Positions 53,490-62,441 of a stretch of DNA of 64,000 nucleotides are shown piece after piece. The notes under the pieces are model-generated. The model was not told the DNA's origin. It worked only from the letters and a program-made list of their open reading frames with translations, and searched no databases. This stretch comes from an uncultured cyanobacterium (GTDB lineage Bacteria; Cyanobacteriota; Cyanobacteriia; Cyanobacteriales; CAWCAG01), in the NCBI GenBank assembly GCA_963793425.1, contig CAWCAG010000005.1, positions 1,120,001-1,184,000 of the forward strand. Direction: 5' to 3'. The position numbers were made by a program, and so were the translations under genes. Within the stretch, counting starts at the first letter, position 1. The number at the start of each line of letters is the position of its first letter.

Positions 53490-54412
53490 CTCTTCTTTAC
53501 CTGTAAATGTCTTGCTTTAATTAAAAAAGCATTAGCTTTTTCATAATCAGGACGTTCTGGTAAAGAAGTCTGAGAAAATGCTAAGTCAAACTCTTTATGT
53601 AGTTTAAGTCTCCAAGCATTTACTTCTTCCCAAGGCATTTCTCCATTGCGAATCCCTAATAAATGTTGTCGATATTCTTCAACTTCAACGGGAACAAAAC
53701 CTTCTTTAAGCACAGTTATACCTGACAGTAACAAACGAATTAAGTGCATAGCGTGTTTCAATTTAACTTGCCCCTTAGTACGTAAATCCTGTTCCATCTT
53801 CTTAAACTGGGACATCACGTAACCGTTGTAAGTTTGATATACCAATTGAGAAAGAAACATTTCTCTTTGAGACAATAATTCTTCTCCCAAAGGAGTAGCT
53901 TTTTCTATTAAAGGTGTATAAAGACATTCCAAAACATTAGGATTAGCTTTTAAAGCGAGAATAAGAAACTTTTGTAATTCCCAATAACATTCTTGAGTAG
54001 CATCATTTTCGATTTGTTCTGGAATACCATAAAGTGACCAATGAATGGTAGCAGGAGGAAGATAAATACCCCGAATATCGGTATCAGAGTTAGCATTATC
54101 TAAGCCAAAAGCTTTAGAACCAACGATGCAACGATAAATTGTATAATCAAATAAGTTTAACTCTGCCAACATATCTTCAGCAGCAAGAAAACCTTCTTTT
54201 TGAAAATGCTTACGGATACTAAATTCTTGGCGATGTAAAGTAACTTCTGCATGGTTAGGAAGACGAACTCTATAAGCGTGAGAATTATCTGTAGGTGCTT
54301 TAATAATAACTCCCACTGCCCCCCGTAAACAGATTATTTCCTGGGCAGAATTTTTGACTTCCCGACGAGCAACAACTTGTGTACCTTCGGGAATAATGAG
54401 GTGGGGATTCAT
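53486..54412 (-). CDS. RlaP/YcgL-like Pol-beta nucleotidyltransferase with an N-terminal beta-rich extension
   Basis: VGSKAFGL...SDTDIRGIY, KANPNVLE.L, KHAMHLIRLL, LPERPD. Confidence 0.85.
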   Translation of the reverse strand: MNPHLIIPEGTQVVARREVKNSAQEIICLRGAVGVIIKAPTDNSHAYRVRLPNHAEVTLHRQEFSIRKHFQKEGFLAAEDMLAELNLFDYTIYRCIVGSKAFGLDNANSDTDIRGIYLPPATIHWSLYGIPEQIENDATQECYWELQKFLILALKANPNVLECLYTPLIEKATPLGEELLSQREMFLSQLVYQTYNGYVMSQFKKMEQDLRTKGQVKLKHAMHLIRLLLSGITVLKEGFVPVEVEEYRQHLLGIRNGEMPWEEVNAWRLKLHKEFDLAFSQTSLPERPDYEKANAFLIKARHLQVKKR

Positions 54413-54461
54413 TTTTTAAGTGATAAGTTAAAAAAATTTCTAGCTATTCTCTATTTCGTAA

Positions 54462-55358
54462 TTAAACACAATAAGCTAAAGCAAAACGTTCTACTCCTGA
54501 CAAATCAGGAATAATTTTTATATCTTGATAACTGCCTTGCTGTTGTAAAAGATCACGAACTTCTTCTGATTGCCCTATCATCATCTCAATCATAAAAATC
54601 CCCCCTGAATGGAGATAATCAGGAGCAGTAGTAACCAAATATCTGATACAATCTAAACCATCTTCCCCACCATCTAAAGCGAGATGAGGTTCATGTTTTG
54701 CCACTTCTGGTTGTAATTTAGCCACCGAAGTAGTGGGAATATAAGGCGGGTTAGAAATCATCCCCTTCACTTTGCCTTGAAGATGAGTTAGAGGTTCCCA
54801 CCAAAAACCTTGATAAAATTTGATTTGCCCAAAACCTAATCGATTAGCATTAGCTGCAGCTACTCTTAAAGCTGCGGCACTAAAATCTACAGCATGAATA
54901 GTAGCATCAGGGAAAACCTCCGCTAATCCTAATGCGATCGCGCCGCTACCTGTACCCAAGTCTACCCAATCTCCCCTTCTCAATTCTGGAGAATTGCCCG
55001 CAGCATTCACAGCTAGATCAATTAAACATTCTGTTTCTGGGCGAGGAATCAATACATCTGAGGAAACTTCTAGCCGAAAATTTCTCCAAGAACTTTTCCC
55101 TACCAGATATTGTACTGGTACTCTGGCAGAAAGACGTTGCTGCCAAAGTTGAGCTAGTTGGGGTAAAGAATAATCACTCTGAAGCTGAGAACACTCTTCA
55201 AAACTTGACAAACGCAATGCCAAGCTATCAAGTTCTGTTACTTCTTGCAACAACCAGTCTACCTCCTGGGGAGGTACAGAAGCAGCGATCGCCCCTTGCT
55301 TAGCTTCATACCTCCAAACAGCGAGTTGTTGCCCTGATACTAACTTCATCCCATCCAC
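54462..55358 (-). CDS. prmC: Release factor glutamine methyltransferase
   Basis: PVQYL.G, VLIPRPETE, DLGTGSGAIA, SNPPY, EPHLALDGG.DGL. Confidence 0.96.
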   Translation of the reverse strand: MDGMKLVSGQQLAVWRYEAKQGAIAASVPPQEVDWLLQEVTELDSLALRLSSFEECSQLQSDYSLPQLAQLWQQRLSARVPVQYLVGKSSWRNFRLEVSSDVLIPRPETECLIDLAVNAAGNSPELRRGDWVDLGTGSGAIALGLAEVFPDATIHAVDFSAAALRVAAANANRLGFGQIKFYQGFWWEPLTHLQGKVKGMISNPPYIPTTSVAKLQPEVAKHEPHLALDGGEDGLDCIRYLVTTAPDYLHSGGIFMIEMMIGQSEEVRDLLQQQGSYQDIKIIPDLSGVERFALAYCV

Positions 55359-55366
55359 TTTATAGC

Positions 55367-56164
55367 TTAATTTCCAGGGTTATTACTGGGTTGCCCCCCT
55401 TCTTGCTGTTTGAGCAACTCTTGCACTAAAGACTCCGCTTCTTGGGATCTAACCAAAAACATATTTTTAATCGCATCGCCGCTTTCATTCTCAAATAGCT
55501 CAATTACATACTCTAAAGGCAAAACCCTAATTTGCACATCAGAAGCCATTCCTGGTTCTTGTTGCTTAAAAAGTTCTGCTAATTTTTGGGCTTGTTCCTT
55601 TTCAAAAAAGAGGGGGATTTGATCACTTCCTGGTGCAGGCAAGTAGATTTCTTGCTTTTCTGACTGTCCTTCCCTTTGAACTTCTACCGTCGCAAAAAAT
55701 AATGGCACTCCCCTAAACTGACTCACTTCTTGCCCTTGCTGCTTAAGAAGACTCACCGCCGAATTCACCTCTTGCTGTATCGGTACAAACCGAAAATCAG
55801 GGCTATCAGTTTGTTGAGATGCTTCCTTAACTTTTTGGTAAATATCTGGTAGAGAAACAATAACTAACTGTGCTTCTTGGGCGATATCTGGGTTAGTTTG
55901 TTTTAACTGCTCAATAGCTGCTTCTGCATCCTTCAAGCTCAAGAATAAATTAGCAATACCCTTTTCTTGTCCTTGTCTAACCGTTAGTAGAGGTAAGCCT
56001 TCACTATCAGTAATGCTATAAATAGGAACCCCTTGCAAATTATCAATAACTTCCGTTTCCGGTAAAGCCATGGAGTTCGGGCTAACGCCAAAAACGACTC
56101 CAACCATAGTGCTGCTGACTAAACCTAGTGTGGCCGCAAAACGAATTAATGCTTTCATGTTCAA
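55367..56164 (-). CDS. Tic22 family protein
   Basis: Signal peptide; L.GVPIYSITD..G.PL, F.FVP..EV..A, F.GVPLF, IPLFF.KE. Confidence 0.85.
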   Translation of the reverse strand: MNMKALIRFAATLGLVSSTMVGVVFGVSPNSMALPETEVIDNLQGVPIYSITDSEGLPLLTVRQGQEKGIANLFLSLKDAEAAIEQLKQTNPDIAQEAQLVIVSLPDIYQKVKEASQQTDSPDFRFVPIQQEVNSAVSLLKQQGQEVSQFRGVPLFFATVEVQREGQSEKQEIYLPAPGSDQIPLFFEKEQAQKLAELFKQQEPGMASDVQIRVLPLEYVIELFENESGDAIKNMFLVRSQEAESLVQELLKQQEGGQPSNNPGN

Positions 56165-56260
56165 TTACCTCAAAAACTATTTGTAATTAGAAAAGTATCG
56201 CTTTAAGTAATATGGCGAGGACATAAACAATAGACTTCTAAACCTATCTACTAGTTTCCT

Positions 56261-57001
56261 TCACAAGGATCTCAAAAATTCTAAGGATTCTTCCGTTGGC
56301 TCTAAAATCATCTTACGCACTGTCTCGCTATCTTCTGTTTCAAAACGATTCAATATTAAGTCTAAAGAAGTAACACCAATCTCTAGCTGAAGAGTTAAAT
56401 CTGGATGTTCTCGTCTAAATTCAGCTACCATTTCCTCAGCCGCCTTTTTTTCAAAAAACAAAGGAATTACTGACGTGTCTTGCTCCTTTCTTTCTAAATA
56501 AGTAATTTGCAGGTCATCCCATCGTTTAATGCTCACGAAAAATAGAGGTACTCCCTGGAATTTTCCTGACTTTGTCACAGCTTCTGCGGCAGTTCTTTCA
56601 GCCGCAGAAGCTGCCGCCAAGCTAGGAGTTACGCTAAATACAGAGCTATTACTCTTTTGAGTATCTTCTTTGGTAAGTTGATAAATATCTGCTAAAGAAA
56701 CTGCCCTAACTTGTAGCCTTTCTACAAGTTCACTTTTGCCCAAAGCTTGTCTCTGGTTAATAAAACTTTGAGCATCATTTTGGCTAACGAATACAGGTTT
56801 TTCACGACTTGTATTATCTACCAAAGTTACTAAAGGAGAGCCTTGCTCATTAACTATAGCGAATACCACCACTACTCTTAATTTTTCAACAATCTCTTCT
56901 TCTGATATAGCTAAAGCTTGTTGGTTAAAAGCAAAAATAGAGCTGAGGAAAACACCACTAATCAAACTCAGGGCTGTACTCTTATTAGTTAAAAATTCCA
57001 T
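56261..57001 (-). CDS. Tic22 family protein (second paralog)
   Basis: A.SEEEIVEKL..V.VFAI...G.PL, FQGVPLFF, IPLFFEK. Confidence 0.8.
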   Translation of the reverse strand: MEFLTNKSTALSLISGVFLSSIFAFNQQALAISEEEIVEKLRVVVVFAIVNEQGSPLVTLVDNTSREKPVFVSQNDAQSFINQRQALGKSELVERLQVRAVSLADIYQLTKEDTQKSNSSVFSVTPSLAAASAAERTAAEAVTKSGKFQGVPLFFVSIKRWDDLQITYLERKEQDTSVIPLFFEKKAAEEMVAEFRREHPDLTLQLEIGVTSLDLILNRFETEDSETVRKMILEPTEESLEFLRSL

Positions 57002-57121
57002 AGCTTAACTTTTATTAACCCTTGAGGTAGATTCTGACTTAACTCAATTAACCAAAGTCCATGTGTTCTAATAGCGCTTTGCTATTAAAATAACACTTCA
57101 TTATTTCTTAAAAATCTTCCA

Positions 57122-57195
57122 TCGGGATGACAGGATTCGAACCTGCGACATCCTGCTCCCAAAGCAGGCGCGCTACCAAGCTGCGCTACATCCCG
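57122..57195 (-). tRNA. trnP: tRNA-Pro(UGG)
   Basis: CGGGATG/CATCCCG acceptor stem, anticodon arm CCTGC-TTTGGGA-GCAGG, T-loop GGTTCGAATCC; CCA not encoded. Confidence 0.97.
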
Positions 57196-57256
57196 TGTAT
57201 ATAGCTCATCTAGTATAACTTACTTTCCCGTTTTTTACTAGTAAAGATCATCAAGT

Positions 57257-57781
57257 TTAGTCGGGATACCAGAACATACCTTTAATGCCTTCTGGATCTA
57301 AAAGGAAACCAAGTTGACGATAAAAGTCCACTACTTGAGGATCAGCAAAAAGAGTAATATTACTAATATCTTCTCCTTTAAGTTTTTTGATTATATACTT
57401 CATCAATCCTTTGCCAAATCCTTTACCCTGATAATCAGGGTGAACTACAACATCCCAAATTGTCGCATTAAAGGCATAGTCAGACGTAGCTCTAGCAAAG
57501 CCAATCAAGCGCCGCCTGCTGCCTCTAACTTCCCACATAGATACAACCAAAAAACTATGTTGGAGAGCTTTTTTTACTTTTCTTAGGGGACGACGAGACC
57601 AACCAACGGCATCGCATAACTCCTCTAGTTCATATAAATCAAGCTCTCTATCCGTACTAAATAGTATTTTGGGTTGGCGGACGCTATCGTTAAGTTCTTG
57701 AAACGCCTCGCTTTCCGGTGCTATTGTTGCCGATGCAGAGACAGCATCAGAATTACTAAATAAATTTTTCCAAAACCCCAT
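57257..57781 (-). CDS. GNAT acetyltransferase, Ycf52-like
   Basis: [43 protein letters not shown]. Confidence 0.9.
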   Translation of the reverse strand: MGFWKNLFSNSDAVSASATIAPESEAFQELNDSVRQPKILFSTDRELDLYELEELCDAVGWSRRPLRKVKKALQHSFLVVSMWEVRGSRRRLIGFARATSDYAFNATIWDVVVHPDYQGKGFGKGLMKYIIKKLKGEDISNITLFADPQVVDFYRQLGFLLDPEGIKGMFWYPD

Positions 57782-58246
57782 GCCTATTTGGCTAAGTTAG
57801 GTGATTTCTTTGCTGCGCTAAGGTAACTCAACGCAATATTTCCTGATTGTAGACGAATCTAAGGACTTAACCTACCCAAGGTATAGGGGTAGAAGTCCTA
57901 GCTTAAGTAGCAAAGCCTCCCAAGCGTTAAGATACCGTCTCAAGGTAATCGCTATAATCAACTTACGTAGACTACACAAACTACTTTAATACAGTCAAAC
58001 TTTACAAACATACCATAAGTGAGCAATAGTGAAGGTTCGTTTACCTTTTCTTGATCTAAACTTAAAATCCACGATTTAGATATTAGCACAACAACGAACT
58101 CTTATTCTTCACATATACTCATTTCTAAGTAAGCTCAGCCATCGCATGATTTGAATTAGACTGGGTTTATTAAAAACTTTCTGGAGCTAGTTGAACATCT
58201 CTCTTGCTCCTTGTTCATCCTATCAGGCAAGACCTAAATAACCCTT

Positions 58247-58975
58247 ATGGCTGCGGGTTTAAAATCATCTACCTTGGAACTCTTAAAGCGCTTTAATAGA
58301 GCGTTTCCCAAGTTCTATGAACAGTTTGTTAGTAGTGAAATACAACTACAGAACCTGCGGTTAGCATATCGGCTCTACCGAACTAAACGGGCAGTGATTG
58401 AACTTAAACCAGAAGGCTCTAAAAGTGCTTTGCATTTTGCTTACCGTAATCAGTCTTTTTTGCTGAGCGATATTTTTGGCGTACTTCATGCCTATGGCTT
58501 AACCATCCACAGTAGTCTGAGCCTTTATGGTCAAATAAAACCACCAATGCTAGTATTCCTCAAATTGGTGGTTTCTCGCGGTAGCAAAGCTCTAACAGAA
58601 CAAACAGCAGATAATGTCTGCCGAGCCATTAGGGAAGCCCTAGCAGGAAGATTTGAAGTAGAAGAAATGCTCGCAGTAGAATTTAACCTTAATGCCGGTT
58701 TAGAGCAGGTAGAAACAGAGTTCTATATAGATCCGGTTTTCCATCTTCCTGCACTGTTAATAGAGGCAGATAACCAGCCCGGCCTTTTCTACAAAGTAAT
58801 GTACACCATTTGGCAAGAAGATTTGCTAGTTGTCAATGCTAATTTACTAGTCTGGCGTGGTCGTACTCGCTTAATCCTTTATTTACTAGGGCCTAACGAA
58901 AGCTTAATCCCTGAATATCTTGGCCAAAAAATCGCTGAAAGCGTACGACAAAGATTACTTGGTCAGCAATTTTAG
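58247..58975 (+). CDS. Conserved cyanobacterial protein with two ACT-like domains
   Basis: YRNQSFLLSDIFGVL..YGLTIH and EADNQPGLFYKV ACT-like starts. Confidence 0.7.
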   Translation: MAAGLKSSTLELLKRFNRAFPKFYEQFVSSEIQLQNLRLAYRLYRTKRAVIELKPEGSKSALHFAYRNQSFLLSDIFGVLHAYGLTIHSSLSLYGQIKPPMLVFLKLVVSRGSKALTEQTADNVCRAIREALAGRFEVEEMLAVEFNLNAGLEQVETEFYIDPVFHLPALLIEADNQPGLFYKVMYTIWQEDLLVVNANLLVWRGRTRLILYLLGPNESLIPEYLGQKIAESVRQRLLGQQF

Positions 58976-59000
58976 AGGCTATAACTGATACGATTAACAT

Positions 59001-59939
59001 ATGGTAACGATAGATATTTTGGGAGTTCCTCATACTTATGAGCTTACACCTCCCGTTCCTCAACCATCAAAAGCTGTATTAGTTTTTATTCATGGCTGGC
59101 TTTTGAGCCGCCGGTATTGGAACCCCCTTATTGAGCAGTTGTCAACAAGTCATCAATGCTTAACCTATGACTTGAGAGGATTTGGAGATTCTCAAGAAAA
59201 TCCCACTGACAATCCCACAAACAGTTCTAGGGAGCCTGATTTCTCTCGCTTAACTCCTCAAAATACTCAGGATTCTAGTAGAGGAAATTACACTTTAGCG
59301 GCCTACGCGCAAGACTTACGTTTTCTACTGCAAAAGCTTCACATAGAAAAAGCTTGGCTTATAGGTCATTCTCTAGGAGGAAGTATAGCTGTGTGGGGAG
59401 CCGAGCTTCTTCCTGAACAAGTTCAAGGAGTTATTTGCTTAAATTCTGGAGGCGGCATTTATCTTGAAGAAGAGTTTGAGCGCTTTCGCTCTGCGGGGAA
59501 ACAACTCGTTAAACGTCGTCCTTCCTGGCTGAAACAGGTTCCCTTGATGGATTTTATATTTTCAAGAATCATGGTAGAGCGCCCTTTGAATCGCTATTGG
59601 GGACGACAAAGACTGATTGATTTTGTAGCAGCGGATACTAAGGCGGCGTTAGGATCTTTACTAGATTCAACAACAGAAAAAGAAGTTCATCTTTTGCCTC
59701 AAATTGTCTCTCGTTTGAAGCAGCCAGTTTACTTTTTAGCTGGCGCTAAAGACAAAGTTATGGAACCACAATATGTTCGTCACCTAGCTAGCTTTCATCG
59801 GTCATTCGGTAACTGTGGTGATAATGTTATAGAAATATCTGGTTGCGGCCATATGTCTATGGTAGAAAGAACAGATGCCGTTGCTTCAGAAATTAGTATA
59901 ATTTTGCAAAATCATGAACTTTCTCTACCTACGCTCTGA
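59001..59939 (+). CDS. Alpha/beta hydrolase
   Basis: FIHGW, DLRGFG, GHSLGG, CGH. Confidence 0.92.
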   Translation: MVTIDILGVPHTYELTPPVPQPSKAVLVFIHGWLLSRRYWNPLIEQLSTSHQCLTYDLRGFGDSQENPTDNPTNSSREPDFSRLTPQNTQDSSRGNYTLAAYAQDLRFLLQKLHIEKAWLIGHSLGGSIAVWGAELLPEQVQGVICLNSGGGIYLEEEFERFRSAGKQLVKRRPSWLKQVPLMDFIFSRIMVERPLNRYWGRQRLIDFVAADTKAALGSLLDSTTEKEVHLLPQIVSRLKQPVYFLAGAKDKVMEPQYVRHLASFHRSFGNCGDNVIEISGCGHMSMVERTDAVASEISIILQNHELSLPTL

Positions 59940-60154
59940 ATAACAAATATTTGTTATTTATCGTCAATATTGTGTAACAATAACAGTATGATCTTAGCTT
60001 TAAAGCTCCATATTAAGATAAAAGGAAAATTTCCTCCCTAACTTTTAGATAAAATCACAATTGCAACTTTTGAGAATTTCTACTCAAATAAAAATTAGGT
60101 TAACCCGGTTGTTACGAAAATTGCCAGAAGATTTTTGCTTAGGAGAATTCATCT

Positions 60155-60466
60155 ATGCTACACCGCAAGATTTATCAACTCTGTGCAGATGGTCATGAAG
60201 TTTGTATTTTTTTGCGGGACCAGCAACGCTGGATAGAAGGCGCTCGCATCCTCCATCTTGAAGGTGATTTAGTCACTATCCGCTACGAAATCGACGAAGA
60301 TGATGAAATTAGTTCTTGGGAAGAAATGGTGCGATTAGAGAGCATCGGTGCTATCACTCGCAAGCTAGCCTCTGTACCAAGAGGAAATGCAGATGTTCTC
60401 ATTTCTGATGAATGTCCAGAAGCTGAGCAAATCCATCCCCATTCTCCAGATTCTAATCAAGAGTAG
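60155..60466 (+). CDS. DUF6679-like conserved cyanobacterial protein
   Basis: MLHRKIYQLC.DG.EV.IFLRDQQRWIE...SWEEMVRLESIG. Confidence 0.75.
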   Translation: MLHRKIYQLCADGHEVCIFLRDQQRWIEGARILHLEGDLVTIRYEIDEDDEISSWEEMVRLESIGAITRKLASVPRGNADVLISDECPEAEQIHPHSPDSNQE

Positions 60467-60490
60467 CTGCATCCCAATCGATTATCAAGG

Positions 60491-62113
60491 TTATAGCTCC
60501 TCAGATTCAAAAACAGGACAGTACCCCTCTGGGGTTACCTTGAACCCATAAAGGGGGGAAGCTTTATTCCAGCAGCGTTGCCCCCTTTGATGAAGACAGT
60601 TACCGCAGCAGTCTACCTCTGCTAAAATTCTTGCATCGTCGCTCTGGCTTAACAATTCTCGTTGAGATAAACCCCGTAGAACTAGTTCCTCCCCTTGCCA
60701 ACGAGCTTCTATTAGCCCAGTATCCCCAAAGTTATTCCAGCGAGAATCTGTGGCAATTGAACTAGGTAAGGTTATGCTTACTCCAGTTTCTAGTTCACTC
60801 AATTGTCCTTCATAATAAATCTCTGGGGGAGGGGCTGGTTGAATGAATGTTTCCCCAATCGGCAGTTCGACTAAAGTACCTGCTAGGGGAGAATGTAAAT
60901 GGTAACGGTTTTGTAATTCTTCCAAACTAGTCAAATCTGCTAAATAAGCCGGGGAACCGTGGACAAAAACAACATGTTGAGGGCGTAAGTTATGAATTAA
61001 CTGTGTAGTTCCTTGGCGATCGCTGTGTTGGGCAAGGAGATAGGTTTCTGTCCTCAAATTTTGATCAGGTTCCTCCTTAAGTAAATATTCGAGATACTCC
61101 GGTAGCAAGATTAACCAGGACTCCCTGTCAAAGTAGGGGTTATTTTGCCAATCACCACCAATATCGGTCAGGAAAAGACATGGTTTTTGCTCAAATTGAA
61201 GAATTTGTTGCCAATTATCAAGACGACGCATTCTGGGGCGAACTCGTTCATCCCAAAATAGAGGTTGATGTTTAGCAAAGTTCTGAACTGAGGCTGGAAA
61301 TTCAGGTAAAAGATTTAAGTAGCGATCGCAACCTCTAGCAACTTTTTCATCTACCCATATATCCAAATCTCGCCCTGTAAATTGGTGATGAGAGCGCAAA
61401 AGTTTGAGAATTTCTTGCCCCAAACCTAAGGGAGGAACAGGCATCAAGACACTCTTATTCTGAGCGATCGCTTGATTAATTCGTTCCATCAATTGCTTTT
61501 CCTGCTGCCTTCGACGGGGGTGTCTTGCTGTACCGTAAGTACCTTCTACGATCAGCACATCTGGAGATAAGCTACGCAAAGCGTCCACCGATAATCCCTC
61601 TACTAACTGAGAGTTAGACAGGAAAAAGTCTCCTGTATAGAGCAAAGTATAGGAACGCTGATAGCTAGTATAGGTGAGGGCAATAGCTGCCGCTCCTGGT
61701 AAATGCCCTGCCGGAAAAAGTTGAGCTACTAAATTATCACCAAATTCAATGGGAGAATACCAAGGTAAACTTTTGCAGAACTTTTTGATCTCCTGGGAAG
61801 GTAAGTCAGGCCAATTAAGGGGCAGAAGTTCTACTGTTACTCCACTCGCGTAAATTGGTATTTGAGGAAAAGCTTGGTGTAAGAGCCAGATACCTTGAGC
61901 ATGGTCTTTATGGGCATGGGTACACAAAACCATCTCTGCTGGAGGATTAATACTACGGAGGGCAGAAATGTCCTCTAAACCGCAATCAAGAAGAATGCGA
62001 TGAGGACCCATTCTAATTAAAAGACATACTCCTTCAGAACTATCTCCTGAACCATAGATAAAACAACTTAGCTGATTCTCAGCATCAGAGGATGCCTGGT
62101 AGTTTCTACTCAT
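60491..62113 (-). CDS. MBL-fold/beta-CASP metallo-hydrolase (putative RNase) with a C-terminal Cys cluster
   Basis: LLDCG, THAHKDH, AGHLPGA, YTGDF, EGTYG, VFVHG. Confidence 0.88.
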   Translation of the reverse strand: MSRNYQASSDAENQLSCFIYGSGDSSEGVCLLIRMGPHRILLDCGLEDISALRSINPPAEMVLCTHAHKDHAQGIWLLHQAFPQIPIYASGVTVELLPLNWPDLPSQEIKKFCKSLPWYSPIEFGDNLVAQLFPAGHLPGAAAIALTYTSYQRSYTLLYTGDFFLSNSQLVEGLSVDALRSLSPDVLIVEGTYGTARHPRRRQQEKQLMERINQAIAQNKSVLMPVPPLGLGQEILKLLRSHHQFTGRDLDIWVDEKVARGCDRYLNLLPEFPASVQNFAKHQPLFWDERVRPRMRRLDNWQQILQFEQKPCLFLTDIGGDWQNNPYFDRESWLILLPEYLEYLLKEEPDQNLRTETYLLAQHSDRQGTTQLIHNLRPQHVVFVHGSPAYLADLTSLEELQNRYHLHSPLAGTLVELPIGETFIQPAPPPEIYYEGQLSELETGVSITLPSSIATDSRWNNFGDTGLIEARWQGEELVLRGLSQRELLSQSDDARILAEVDCCGNCLHQRGQRCWNKASPLYGFKVTPEGYCPVFESEEL

Positions 62114-62201
62114 GCTCCCCTCCCAAAATTACTATTTCCTTAAAATCCTCCAGCCATAACATCCATAACCTTATTTTTGTTTAAGTATCATTCATAATCT
62201 T

Positions 62202-62324
62202 TCAATGAGCAGAACCATTGCCATGGTAGTTGTCTGAATCATAAAACCCATTCTTAGTAGCAAAAAAGAGGCTAGATAGGGTAAAAATAGCCGTTAAAAC
62301 TATCAAGACTAATTTGACATCCAT
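62202..62324 (-). CDS. ndhP: NDH-1L complex small subunit NdhP (40 aa), missed by the ORF track
   Basis: MDVKLVLIVLTAIFTLSSLFFATKNGFYDSDNYHGNGSAH matches the NdhP C-terminal signature NGFYDxDxYHGNGSAH; alternative ATG at 62333. Confidence 0.92.
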   Translation of the reverse strand: MDVKLVLIVLTAIFTLSSLFFATKNGFYDSDNYHGNGSAH

Positions 62325-62441
62325 AACTTTCATTGACCTCTACTGACTATATACATTCATGATAAGGCAAATACTGCTTAGGCAATTTTTACAAAAGCTC
62401 ACAACCTTAAGTATTTCATAAAGTTTAGATTTACCCAAATT

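Noticed and set aside
57122..57195. tRNA-Pro as an integration site for an island
   Set aside because: No integrase and no duplicated tRNA 3' end seen in the window.
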